Shown: positions 43,775-52,873, counted from the first letter of the stretch. The stretch: DNA of 55,067 bases from Candidatus Micrarchaeota archaeon (GCA_021804095.1 JAJZKQ010000002.1:1-55067); one strand, 5' to 3'. Translations and numbers: made by a program. The notes: a model not told the origin generated them from the letters alone.

Positions 43775-44132
43775 AATCCATCAACGCTTTTATATTTGAT
43801 ATGTTCTTCCTCATTTTTAGCTTGGTCTTCAGGTTCACTGCGGCGCCTTCCTTTGTTATATGGTATTTCTTCTGGATTCGTTTTCCAGAGACCTTCAATT
43901 CGGCTTCGACAAGTTTTATAGATTCAAGGGAATTGAGGACATTGTATACCTCGCTCTTCCTGACTGAGTTGAGCACCGGGAGGTTAGCCTCCCTTAATTT
44001 TTTGTATAGGTCGTATGGATATGATTCTTTTCTTGATATTCTGTTTAGAATTACGAATTTGAGCATCCAGTTCCTCAGTGAGTTGTCTATATGCTTGCTT
44101 ATGTTGTATTCTGCTGAATTATCAGGTAGCAT
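43761..44132 (-). CDS. PadR-family transcriptional regulator
   Basis: The sequence is SYPYDLYKKLRE...SEVYNVLNSLESIKLVEAELKVSGKRIQKKYHITKEGAAV, the PadR wHTH pattern. It overlaps the ABC ATPase start by 14 nt. Confidence 0.75.
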   Translation of the reverse strand: MLPDNSAEYNISKHIDNSLRNWMLKFVILNRISRKESYPYDLYKKLREANLPVLNSVRKSEVYNVLNSLESIKLVEAELKVSGKRIQKKYHITKEGAAVNLKTKLKMRKNISNIKALMDYESV

Positions 44133-44233
44133 CGTAGCACATGGTATAAAATTACACTATTCTAATAGTAGAATAATCTATTTATAGCTATCGCATCCTG
44201 AAGAATCGAAGAAGCAATATTAATATTTATGCA

Positions 44234-47101
44234 ATGAGGTTATATAATGAGTTTATGATTAATTACCAGGAGATAGAAGAGAAGTGGAGGAAGGCGTGGG
44301 AAGACTCGCATCTGTTTGAAAGCGAAACCGACCACAGGAATTCCTATTTTGTCACGGCTGCATTCCCATATCCTAACGGGCCGCAGCACATAGGCCACCT
44401 GCGCACATATGGAACTGCCGATGCGCTTTCAAGATACAAGAGAATGAGGGGATACAATGTCCTCTACCCTATGGGATTCCATGCTACTGGAACGCCTGTT
44501 TTAGCCCTCGCAAAGAGGATAAAGTCGGGAGACAGGGGATTAATCAATGACCTCAAAGTATTTCATATACCTGAAGAAGACATAGCAAAGATGACTGATC
44601 CTGTTTTTATAACAAGGTATTTTATAGAGGAGATACAGAGAGGCATGAAAAAGGCAGGATACAGCATAGACTGGAGGAGAAAGTTTGTCTCTACAGACCC
44701 TGCCTTTAGCAAGATGGTGGAATGGCAGTTCGACATACTTAATAAAAAAGGATACCTTACCGTTGGAAAGCACCCGGTAGGATGGTGCCCGAATGAGAAT
44801 AATGCAGTAGGGATGCATGATACACGCAGGGATGTTGAGCCTGAAATAGAGAAGGTTACAGCAATAAAGTTCAGGATTGAGAATTCGGATAGATATGCGG
44901 TATGCGCTACATTCAGGCCTGAAACCGTAGGAGGGGTTACCAACCTTTTTATAAATCAGAATTCGAAGTATGTCAGCTGCAGGGTTGAAGGAGAGGAAGG
45001 CGAGTATATTCTTGCCAAAGCCGCAGCGGAGAGCCTTGCATACCAATTCAAGATGGAAGTTGTCCGGGAATTTGATGGCAGAGAACTTCTTGTCATGAGA
45101 TGCATAAACCCGGAAACAGATGTTTCTATACCTATTTTTCCTGGTTTTTTTGTAGATGAAAAACTAGGCACAGGGCTTGTTATGAGTGTTCCGGGTCATG
45201 CCCCTTTTGATTATGTTGCACTGGAGAGATTGAGAAGCGAAGGTTATAATATCGGAGAAATCAAGCCGATAAAGGTCATTGATGTTGAAGTTGGAAGGTC
45301 TGCCGTGCCTTCAGAGATAAAAAAGATTCCTGAAAAGAAGGAGATACCTGCTATGGCATATCTTGAGGCTTTTGGTGCTGATCACTCCGCAGGCAACGAC
45401 ATAATAGAGCTGGCTACAAAGCTCGAATACAAAGAGGAGCTGCATACGGGAAGAATGTCAGTCAAAGGATATGAAGGAATGGGAGTTGCTGAGGCGAGGA
45501 AGGCTATCGCTGAAAGACTCAAGAAAGAAGGAGGAGCAACGGATCTTTATATGCTCATGAACGAATCGCAGGTTTTCTGCAGATGCGGATTTCCGGTGGT
45601 TGTCAAGGTGGTTGATAACCAGTGGTTCATAAATTACGGAAACAGGGAATGGAAGGACGATGTACGGGAGTATCTTAAGGAGATGCGTGTACTCCCTGAA
45701 AAGATAAGGAATGCGTTAGCCTCTGCTGTTGACTGGATAGACCTTAGGGCTGTTGTCAGATCCCAGGGACTTGGTACAAAGTTTCCGTTTGACAGGGAGA
45801 AGATAATAGAATCGCTTTCTGATTCCACAATATACATGTCATTTTATACCATATCTAACACCATAAAAAAAGTTGACCCGGAGAAGCTGAAAGCTGAATT
45901 TTTTGATTTTGTCTTTCTTGGGAAAGGAGAGCTTGAATCCGTTTCAAGGTCAACAGGTATTGAAACATCCATAATTCAAAAATCTAGGGAATCGTTTGAA
46001 TATTGGTATAGGGAGACATCAAGGCATTCCGGACCTGACCTCATATTTAACCATTTGACAATGTATCTCTACAACCATATTGCCGTATTCGGGAAGGAGA
46101 GATGGCCCAAGCAGATAGTTGTAAGCGGGGTAGTCCTGAGTGAGGGTGAGAAGATGAGCAAGAGCCTGGGAAATATAACTCCACTGATAGAAGGCCTTGA
46201 GGAGAATGGAGTGGACCCGGTGCGTGCAGTCGTAATAGGCGGAGCGGATCTTATAAGCGACTCCGATTATAATTATGAAGCTATAAACGGAGTAAAGGAT
46301 CGTTTTGAATATATCTTTAGCTTATGCGGCGATTCTGAGAAGTATCCTGCAGGGGAGCTCAAAAATATAGACTTCTGGCTTTATTCAAGAATGAATAGAA
46401 AAATTAAAACTGTTGCGGCTGCATATGAAAAACTGGAGCTCAGGGAGGTGCTTATTAACACACTCTACAATTCAGTGCTTGAATTGAAGAGGTACACTTC
46501 AAGAGGAGGAAAAAACGGGATAGTGGTGAGAGAATATCTTTCCAACATGGCATTGATGATGCAGCCGATAACGCCATATATGGCAGAAGAGCTTTGGCAT
46601 AGGCTTGGCAATTCAAACCTTGTCTCCTCCGAGAGATGGAAGGATGCCGAAGAGGCTATGATAAGCGACAAGATAGAGCTTTACGAGAATCTGACTGAGG
46701 ATTTGATACGTGATATGAAGGAGATATATCTGCTCATATCCAAGAAATCGGATTCCAAGATAGAAAATGCAAGGATAATAGTTGCTGATGATTGGAAGCG
46801 GAAGCTGAATGAAAGGATAAGAACAATGAAGAAAATGCCTGAGATAATGGAGTATGTGAAAAAGGAGAATGCCGTAGATATGGAGAAGGCATCGAAGTAT
46901 GTCTCCTCAATGCTTAAGAAGATAGAATCCCTGCCTGTGGAAAATCTCACACAGGAAGAAGAGTTTGATGTATATATGCAAGCCAGAGATTATATCCGGG
47001 AAGCTCTGGGAATCCCTGTCGAAATAGAAAGAGAGGGAGAGTCTGAATCTTCAAGGGCAGACAGGGCACTTCCCCTGAAACCCAGCATAGACATAAAATA
47101 G
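44234..47101 (+). CDS. leuS: Leucyl-tRNA synthetase
   Basis: It has a canonical HIGH motif (PNGPQHIGHLRTYG) and KMSKS motif (GEKMSKSLGN), with archaeal-type LeuRS length (955 aa) and an editing domain. Confidence 0.95.
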   Translation: MRLYNEFMINYQEIEEKWRKAWEDSHLFESETDHRNSYFVTAAFPYPNGPQHIGHLRTYGTADALSRYKRMRGYNVLYPMGFHATGTPVLALAKRIKSGDRGLINDLKVFHIPEEDIAKMTDPVFITRYFIEEIQRGMKKAGYSIDWRRKFVSTDPAFSKMVEWQFDILNKKGYLTVGKHPVGWCPNENNAVGMHDTRRDVEPEIEKVTAIKFRIENSDRYAVCATFRPETVGGVTNLFINQNSKYVSCRVEGEEGEYILAKAAAESLAYQFKMEVVREFDGRELLVMRCINPETDVSIPIFPGFFVDEKLGTGLVMSVPGHAPFDYVALERLRSEGYNIGEIKPIKVIDVEVGRSAVPSEIKKIPEKKEIPAMAYLEAFGADHSAGNDIIELATKLEYKEELHTGRMSVKGYEGMGVAEARKAIAERLKKEGGATDLYMLMNESQVFCRCGFPVVVKVVDNQWFINYGNREWKDDVREYLKEMRVLPEKIRNALASAVDWIDLRAVVRSQGLGTKFPFDREKIIESLSDSTIYMSFYTISNTIKKVDPEKLKAEFFDFVFLGKGELESVSRSTGIETSIIQKSRESFEYWYRETSRHSGPDLIFNHLTMYLYNHIAVFGKERWPKQIVVSGVVLSEGEKMSKSLGNITPLIEGLEENGVDPVRAVVIGGADLISDSDYNYEAINGVKDRFEYIFSLCGDSEKYPAGELKNIDFWLYSRMNRKIKTVAAAYEKLELREVLINTLYNSVLELKRYTSRGGKNGIVVREYLSNMALMMQPITPYMAEELWHRLGNSNLVSSERWKDAEEAMISDKIELYENLTEDLIRDMKEIYLLISKKSDSKIENARIIVADDWKRKLNERIRTMKKMPEIMEYVKKENAVDMEKASKYVSSMLKKIESLPVENLTQEEEFDVYMQARDYIREALGIPVEIEREGESESSRADRALPLKPSIDIK

Positions 47102-47143
47102 GAAGCGTTGCAGTGGCCTTTCGGTATCAGATATGCATGTTTG

Positions 47144-48445
47144 TTATAACATCTCTAAAAAATCAGGATCTTCGAGATATTTCTTTATGGCATTCATGAA
47201 GATTACCGCATCAGCGCCGTCTACCACTCTGTGGTCAAAGGTCACAGACATTGGCATTATGCGCTGTACCACTACTCTCCCTTCTTCAACTGCAGGCATC
47301 TCCCTCATCCTCATTGCGCCTATTATTGCGACTTCAGGATAGTTTATCATGGGAACTGCCAGATAGCCTCCGCCGAGACTTCCTATGTTTGTCAACGTTA
47401 TTGTGGAATCGCGCATCTCGTCTATTGATACGGTTCGGTCCCTCACCTTCTGTCCGAGCTCTTGTATCTCCTCGGCTATCTTTATTATTGGTTTTTTGTC
47501 TGCATCTTTTATTACAACAACCTTGAGGCCATCAGGGCCTTCTGCGGCAATCCCGATGTTGTAATATCTCTTTATTATTATCTCGCTTTTTTCCTTGTCA
47601 TAGCTTGCATTGAATCCGGGACTATCCTTCAAGGCCTCTATTATAGCCTTTATTATAAAGGGCATGAAGGTGAGCTTGATCCCTTTAGATTGCATATCGG
47701 CTTTAGAATTCTCAACTATTGAGAACAATCGTGTTGTGTTTATCATCTCCATATGGGTTGCCCTTGGGATTGTCCACGACAGTTCCATGTTCTTAGCTAT
47801 GGTCTTTCTCGTCATTGACATTTGTACACGTTCTATTCTCTCGCTGCTATTCTGGCTTGGATTGTTTGGAGGAACTGCCTTAGGCTGGGTGGATGCTTCA
47901 CTTTGAGATTTTTGAGTGGTTTTGAGATTGAGATCTTCTTCTGTTATCCTCCCGTTTGGCCCTGTTCCGCGAATCTTAGAGAGATCTATATTTAGCTCCC
48001 TTGCAAGTTTTCTTACAGAGGGGGTAGCGAGTATCTGCTGGGGATGGCTAGAAGCACCAGAGACTGTATTTTCCCCTTTTGTGTTACCAGGATTTGCATT
48101 TTCGACTACATTGGAAGCGCTCTCTTCCTTGCCTATTGTTTTTCCTGTTTTTTCTTCAGATGTGTCGCTCCGGATTGGAGCGGAAACGCCTTTCCCTGTC
48201 GCTCCGATTTCCTCCTTTGTCCCTATATATGCGATAGTCTCTCCAACCTTTACTTTAGAGCCTGAAGAGATGTTTATTTTTATAATGCCAGATATAGGAG
48301 CAGGAGCATCTACTATGGCCTTGTCCGTTTCAACTTTGACTACAGGTTGGTCTTCTCTTACCGTTTCAAGATCCTTGACAAGCCATTCTCTTATCTGGCC
48401 TTCGGTTATTCCTTCTCCGACATCGACAAATTTAAGTTCTTTCAT
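47144..48445 (-). CDS. 2-oxoacid dehydrogenase E2 (dihydrolipoamide acyltransferase)
   Basis: It has a lipoyl domain with VETDKAIVDAPAP, a peripheral-subunit-binding domain (ATPSVRKLARELNIDLSKIRGTGPNGRITEEDL), and a catalytic domain ending in the FDHRVVDGA motif. Confidence 0.9.
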   Translation of the reverse strand: MKELKFVDVGEGITEGQIREWLVKDLETVREDQPVVKVETDKAIVDAPAPISGIIKINISSGSKVKVGETIAYIGTKEEIGATGKGVSAPIRSDTSEEKTGKTIGKEESASNVVENANPGNTKGENTVSGASSHPQQILATPSVRKLARELNIDLSKIRGTGPNGRITEEDLNLKTTQKSQSEASTQPKAVPPNNPSQNSSERIERVQMSMTRKTIAKNMELSWTIPRATHMEMINTTRLFSIVENSKADMQSKGIKLTFMPFIIKAIIEALKDSPGFNASYDKEKSEIIIKRYYNIGIAAEGPDGLKVVVIKDADKKPIIKIAEEIQELGQKVRDRTVSIDEMRDSTITLTNIGSLGGGYLAVPMINYPEVAIIGAMRMREMPAVEEGRVVVQRIMPMSVTFDHRVVDGADAVIFMNAIKKYLEDPDFLEML

Positions 48446-48492
48446 TTTATAACACCATCCTGCTCAGAGAGCCCGATTTTCCTCCAATCCAT

Positions 48493-49458
48493 TCAAGAAG
48501 TCATAAGGCGGTCTATTGCCTTTGAGATCTTGGCCTCGTTTGGAATGTGGTAGTTTTCATAACCGGGAAATGGATATGGGAGACTTGCTGAACCTACCCT
48601 GACTATTGGAGCCTTGAGGTCAAATATAGCCTTGTCTGCAATTCTTGCGGCTATCTCAGCTCCCACCCCAAAACTTAGTGATGCTTCGTGCACAATTGCG
48701 ACCCTTCCTGTCTTTCTTACACTTTTGAGTATAGCAGCTTCGTCAATAGGATTTATTGTCCTGAGGTCTATCACATCCGCATTCAGGTTCTTCTTCTTGA
48801 CTACACTTGTAACTTCATGAAGCATTGTGCCGTATGTTATTATGGTAAGGTCTTCGCCTTCCCGGATCAGGTTTGCTTTGCCTATCGGAATCTCGTACAT
48901 CTCCTCCGGAACTTCCTGCTTGAAGAGCCTGTAGAGTTTTGTAGGCTCAAGGAAGATGACAGGGTCATTCATTCTTGAGGCTTTTATCAAAAGGCCTTTT
49001 GCATCATATGGGTTCGAAGGCTCTACGACTATCAGGCCACCTATATGTGAGTAATATGCTTCAGGACTCTCGGAATGGTGTTCCAGAGTCCTTACTCCTC
49101 CGCTTACAGGAGTCCTTACTACCATTGGAAGGCTCATAGTCGATCTTGTTCTGGATCTGAATCTTGATGCGTGGTTTATAAGCTGGCCGAAGCCCAGAAA
49201 CATGAAACCTGCAAATTGTATCTCTGGTATCGGATGCATGCCTGAAAGTGCCATGCCTATTGATGCTCCTATTATCCCTGATTCTGCCAGAGGCGTGTCT
49301 ATTACTCTCCGCTCTCCGAATTTATTTATGAGACCCTCGGTTACCCTGAAAACTCCGCCATCTATTCCTATGTCTTCGCCGAGAAGGACTATTTTTTCGT
49401 TTTCTGTCATTATCTGCTCTAATGCATTGTTAATCGCAGTAACCATATTTGCCATCAT
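48493..49458 (-). CDS. 2-oxoacid dehydrogenase E1 component beta subunit
   Basis: The transketolase-like pyrimidine-binding and C-terminal domains are present: GEDIGIDGGVFRVTEGL, RVIDTPLAESGIIG, EIQFAGF and DPVIFLEP. Confidence 0.9.
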   Translation of the reverse strand: MMANMVTAINNALEQIMTENEKIVLLGEDIGIDGGVFRVTEGLINKFGERRVIDTPLAESGIIGASIGMALSGMHPIPEIQFAGFMFLGFGQLINHASRFRSRTRSTMSLPMVVRTPVSGGVRTLEHHSESPEAYYSHIGGLIVVEPSNPYDAKGLLIKASRMNDPVIFLEPTKLYRLFKQEVPEEMYEIPIGKANLIREGEDLTIITYGTMLHEVTSVVKKKNLNADVIDLRTINPIDEAAILKSVRKTGRVAIVHEASLSFGVGAEIAARIADKAIFDLKAPIVRVGSASLPYPFPGYENYHIPNEAKISKAIDRLMTS

Positions 49459-50540
49459 TCAGTCACACCTTGCCAGAAATTATTTGCCTCGGCTTCATCA
49501 AGCTCTTCTTTGAGAGTCTCAGGCATGTAGCTATATACATGCTCATAGATACTCCTTGGGTTAGGCTTGAACTTTTCTGCCGTTTCGACTGCATTGTCTA
49601 TCAATGCGGCATCTTCCGCAGCTGCTTTTTTCTCCATCTCTTCATTCCATAGGTTTTTTGATTCCAGGTATTTCTTCATTCGTGAAATAGGGTCTTTCTG
49701 CTTCCAGGCCTCTAGTTCCGAATCGGTCCTGTATTTTGTAGGGTCATCTGATGTCGTATGCAGACCCATCCTGTATGTTATGCATTCTATGACAGTAGGT
49801 TTTCCAGAGAGTATCGCATCCCGCGTTGCAGAGTATACAGCGATCACGTCATTCCCATCAACCTGTATGGAATCAATTCCGGCAGCGACTGCCTTCTGCG
49901 CAAGTGTCTGTGATGCAGTCTGCCTTGATCTCGGCTCGGATATTGCCCATTGGTTGTTTTCTATTATGACAATAAGAGGCAGCCTCCATACGCCTGCAAA
50001 ATTTATGGCCTCGTAAAAATCCCCTTCGGATGTACCTCCGTCACCTACATATACTAATACAGAGGCTCCGGTTTTGTTGTATAGTTGGGCAAATGCCATT
50101 CCCGCCGCATGCGGAAGCTGTGTTGATACAGGCACAATTATCGGGGTTCCGTTTACCTCTTTTGGAATTATATTGCCTTCCTCGTAGCCTCTCCAGTAGA
50201 CAAGCATGATATCCATAGGCATGCCTCTTGCAATGAATACCCCATGCTGCCTGAATGAAGGCACGAATATATCGGATGGCCTCATTGCAAGTGCACTGCC
50301 TATCTGTGTTGCCTCTTCTCCGAGAAGGGGAGCATATGTGACTGCTCTTCCCTGTCGTTGGAGGCTCAGAACCTTGGCATCAAACTCCCTTGATAGAAGC
50401 ATCAGGCGATACATGCGAACAAGAGTGCCGGAATCGAGATCTTTTGGAAATAAGGATTCGTCTGCATTTCCGTTTTCGTCTACTACTCTCAGGAAATTTA
50501 TTTTTGAGACGAATATTTCGGTTTTCAAGTATAACACCAT
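49455..50540 (-). CDS. 2-oxoacid dehydrogenase E1 component alpha subunit (ThDP-binding)
   Basis: The ThDP motif is GDGGTSEGDFYEAINFAGVWRLPLIVIIENNQWAIS. It overlaps E1 beta by 4 nt. Confidence 0.9.
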   Translation of the reverse strand: MVLYLKTEIFVSKINFLRVVDENGNADESLFPKDLDSGTLVRMYRLMLLSREFDAKVLSLQRQGRAVTYAPLLGEEATQIGSALAMRPSDIFVPSFRQHGVFIARGMPMDIMLVYWRGYEEGNIIPKEVNGTPIIVPVSTQLPHAAGMAFAQLYNKTGASVLVYVGDGGTSEGDFYEAINFAGVWRLPLIVIIENNQWAISEPRSRQTASQTLAQKAVAAGIDSIQVDGNDVIAVYSATRDAILSGKPTVIECITYRMGLHTTSDDPTKYRTDSELEAWKQKDPISRMKKYLESKNLWNEEMEKKAAAEDAALIDNAVETAEKFKPNPRSIYEHVYSYMPETLKEELDEAEANNFWQGVTE

Positions 50541-50558
50541 GCAGATAAGAATCCAAAT

Positions 50559-50735
50559 TTATGTGACGTCCTCCCACCCGTAAACGGTGTGGGCTTCCTT
50601 CTCAAGAATCTTGTCGTAGAACTGTTGTGCGAGAATCAGCCTTTCGTCTATCTCTGCCTGCCTTGTGGCATCGGGATAGATCCTGAATTTGTAGGCTCTT
50701 GTCAGTTCCATTGCATCACTTTTATATATGTACAT
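50559..50735 (-). pseudogene. tnpB: Internally deleted tnpB (IS200/IS605-family accessory gene): N-terminal ~45 codons joined to the last ~12 codons
   Basis: My hand translation gives MYIYKSDAMELTRAYKFRIYPDATRQAEIDERLILAQQFYDKILEKEAHTVYGWEDVT*. AYKFRIYP...Q......l......fYn is the hallmark TnpB/OrfB N-terminus. The tail matches relics A and C. It is 58 codons long, below the ORF-track cutoff. Confidence 0.65.
50562..50593. repeat. 32-nt repeat, inverted copy of 17574..17605 (31/32 identical)
   Basis: The sequence is tgtgacgtcctcccacccgtaaacggtgtggg. On the tnpB sense strand it folds as CCCAC-A-CCG[UUUA]CGG-GUGGG. Confidence 0.9.
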
Positions 50736-50765
50736 CGGTATTATATTCCTTATTATAGCGATTTG

Positions 50766-50918
50766 CTTTCATCCCGCCGTAAAGCATGTAGGATTTGCCG
50801 CTCACGATATTAAATGTTGATTTGAATCTGACATACTCCCAGTAGCAAACAACATGTGTTTTCTCCAGATTCAGGTTCATGCAGTCGACGCAGCCATAAG
50901 AACGTGTTTTATCTGCTG
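50766..50918 (-). mobile_element. Older, more decayed tnpB 3' relic directly upstream of the deleted copy
   Basis: The minus-frame translation is RSYGCVDCMNLNLEKTHVVCYWEYVRFKSTFNIVSGKSYMLYGGMKAN. It keeps traces of the TnpB C-terminal zinc-finger (CxxC...C) and NAAxNI blocks. Its tail (50766-50817) is about 70 percent identical at the nucleotide level to relic A. Confidence 0.45.
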
Positions 50919-52241
50919 TCAGTTTGGTATCATATTGTCGATTATAAAATTAGGGTCGTAAGGCATAAGGTCTTCGTATTTCTCACCAATGCCAAAATAT
51001 AGAACAGGTATATCTGTCTCGCTGAGTATGGAGAGGGTATTGCCTCCTTTAGCGTCGGCATCTAGCTTTGTTAGGATTATCCCATCAAGCTTAATTATTT
51101 CATTGAATTGGTGTACCTGTTCAATCAATGAGTTGCCTGCTATTCCCTCGCCTATGAATATCTTTAGATCAGGATTTGCAACCCTGACCATCTTTTTCAT
51201 CTCTTCCATGAGATTTTTATTGGTCTCCTGCCTTCCCGCACTATCTATCAATACTATATCTATTCCTGCCGCTTTCGCATGTGCGACAGCATCAAAAGCT
51301 ATGCTTGCTGGATCTGCACCATACTTTCCCTTTATCACTTCGATTCCAAGTTTATTTGCGTGATGCACTGTTTGTTCGACTGCAGCCGCGCGGAAGGTAT
51401 CGCTTGCCGATATCAGGCATGAGAATCCATTTTTAGACATGAGATCCGCTATCTTTGCTATAGTCGTTGTCTTTCCGGCCCCGTTTGGTCCTATGAATAG
51501 TATTTTAAGTGGAAGCTCTGCGTTTCTTTTCTTGTCCGATGCGATCTCTACCAGGCTCTTTGTCGATACATGGCTTAATATGGAGAGTATTGACCGTTTT
51601 ATTATTGCCTTTATCTCCTTGTTTATCTCCTTTGCTGGTATTGGATTTGAGAGAAGCTCGCTCTTAATCTTTTCAACAACTTTTTCTGAAACATCATAGT
51701 TTACATCAGACTCGAGAAGTGAGATTCTCAATTCCTCCATGAAAGGGTCTATGTCACCTGATTTTATCTTTACTTCGTTTAGGAAGACGCTTTTGAGCCT
51801 TGTCCCTATGCCTACTTTTGGGCCCTCGCGCTCTGTTCTTCTTGGAATCTCCTGACTGCCTGTACGCGATAGCTTTTCTTCCGGGCTCTTTTTTTCCTCT
51901 CGTGTTTTGAGAGTTTCGGATCTCCTCTCTTTCTCTAGAATGGGTTTTTCCCTTGTGTCTTCATGTTCTTCGTTCTTGCTTAGACCAATGATGGACGCTG
52001 GATCCTTGCCGAGTATTGTTTCTCCGCTTTTAGAATCGGTCTTCTCGCTTTCATACTTTGGAGGAGTTTTTTCAGTGATGATTGATAGCCTTTCAGGCTT
52101 CTCTGGCGATTCAGTCTCGACTTTTTTTATTACAGCAGATGGCTCTTCCTTATGCTTCTCTTCTTCTTCGGCTACCTCTTCCTCTTTTTTAGATACAGAG
52201 TTTATAAAGCTTGAGAATTTCTTCTTCAGTCCTTCAAACAT
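50919..52241 (-). CDS. ftsY: Signal recognition particle receptor FtsY
   Basis: The NG domain has ILFIGPNGAGKTTTIAKIA (G1), DTFRAAAVEQ, DSAGRQ and TKLDADAKGG. An N-terminal K/E/S-rich acidic-basic region of about 190 aa precedes it. Confidence 0.95.
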   Translation of the reverse strand: MFEGLKKKFSSFINSVSKKEEEVAEEEEKHKEEPSAVIKKVETESPEKPERLSIITEKTPPKYESEKTDSKSGETILGKDPASIIGLSKNEEHEDTREKPILEKERRSETLKTREEKKSPEEKLSRTGSQEIPRRTEREGPKVGIGTRLKSVFLNEVKIKSGDIDPFMEELRISLLESDVNYDVSEKVVEKIKSELLSNPIPAKEINKEIKAIIKRSILSILSHVSTKSLVEIASDKKRNAELPLKILFIGPNGAGKTTTIAKIADLMSKNGFSCLISASDTFRAAAVEQTVHHANKLGIEVIKGKYGADPASIAFDAVAHAKAAGIDIVLIDSAGRQETNKNLMEEMKKMVRVANPDLKIFIGEGIAGNSLIEQVHQFNEIIKLDGIILTKLDADAKGGNTLSILSETDIPVLYFGIGEKYEDLMPYDPNFIIDNMIPN

Positions 52242-52256
52242 GGAATTTCATCTCAT

Positions 52257-52691
52257 TCATTGACGCTGCTGCTCCATTTGTGAGAGATTATAGGTTATGG
52301 AGACCAGCTCTTTCTCTACGCTCTGCTTGTCTGCATTGAGTTTCCTTATAATCTCGTCCTGCTTTTTGTAGTTTGCTTTGAGGTAATCCAGTGCCTGCGA
52401 GGCCTCTTTTTCAATAAGATAGCCGGCGCCCACGTATACCAGTATTTTATCTATAGAATCCATTGTCGCTGTGAAATATGCTCCGCCTTCTCCGTTGATC
52501 AGGATTTTTGAACCTGACAGCCTTTCCTTGTTTTCCAGCGTTTCGATATTTCTTGTTATTGCGGCAGATGTCATCCTGAGTGCTGCAAGTTCATTTTCAA
52601 GAAGACCGTGTTGCTGTGTATACACATTATAAAGATACTGTAGCTGCGCCTGTGCCTCTGCCATAGATGCCTGATTGCTTTGCTGTGCCAT
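52257..52691 (-). CDS. pfdA: Prefoldin alpha subunit
   Basis: It is 144 aa with N- and C-terminal coiled-coil heptads flanking a central region with two beta-hairpins (ILINGEGGAYFTATMDSIDKILVYVGAGYLIE). It sits in the conserved position upstream of ftsY. Confidence 0.85.
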   Translation of the reverse strand: MAQQSNQASMAEAQAQLQYLYNVYTQQHGLLENELAALRMTSAAITRNIETLENKERLSGSKILINGEGGAYFTATMDSIDKILVYVGAGYLIEKEASQALDYLKANYKKQDEIIRKLNADKQSVEKELVSITYNLSQMEQQRQ

Positions 52692-52873
52692 TATTATACA
52701 CCTTGAGTATCAAGTGGTGTTAAAAGTTTATATAACCTTTTAAGATTATCCAGCGGAGGAATTTCAGGATTAGGCATTGAAATATTGCATTTGTGAACTA
52801 TGCTGACTGCGGGTTTGGAAGTTGCCTGCTGCAAAGGTATATCCATTTAATTATTAACTTCGTATTTTTTTAC

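Noticed and set aside
47916-48452. 178-aa plus-strand ORF (plus several 60-100-aa ORFs at 47133-48553) inside the E2 gene
   Set aside because: These are shadow ORFs antisense to the E2 acyltransferase, whose lipoyl, PSBD and DHRxxDG motifs are unambiguous.
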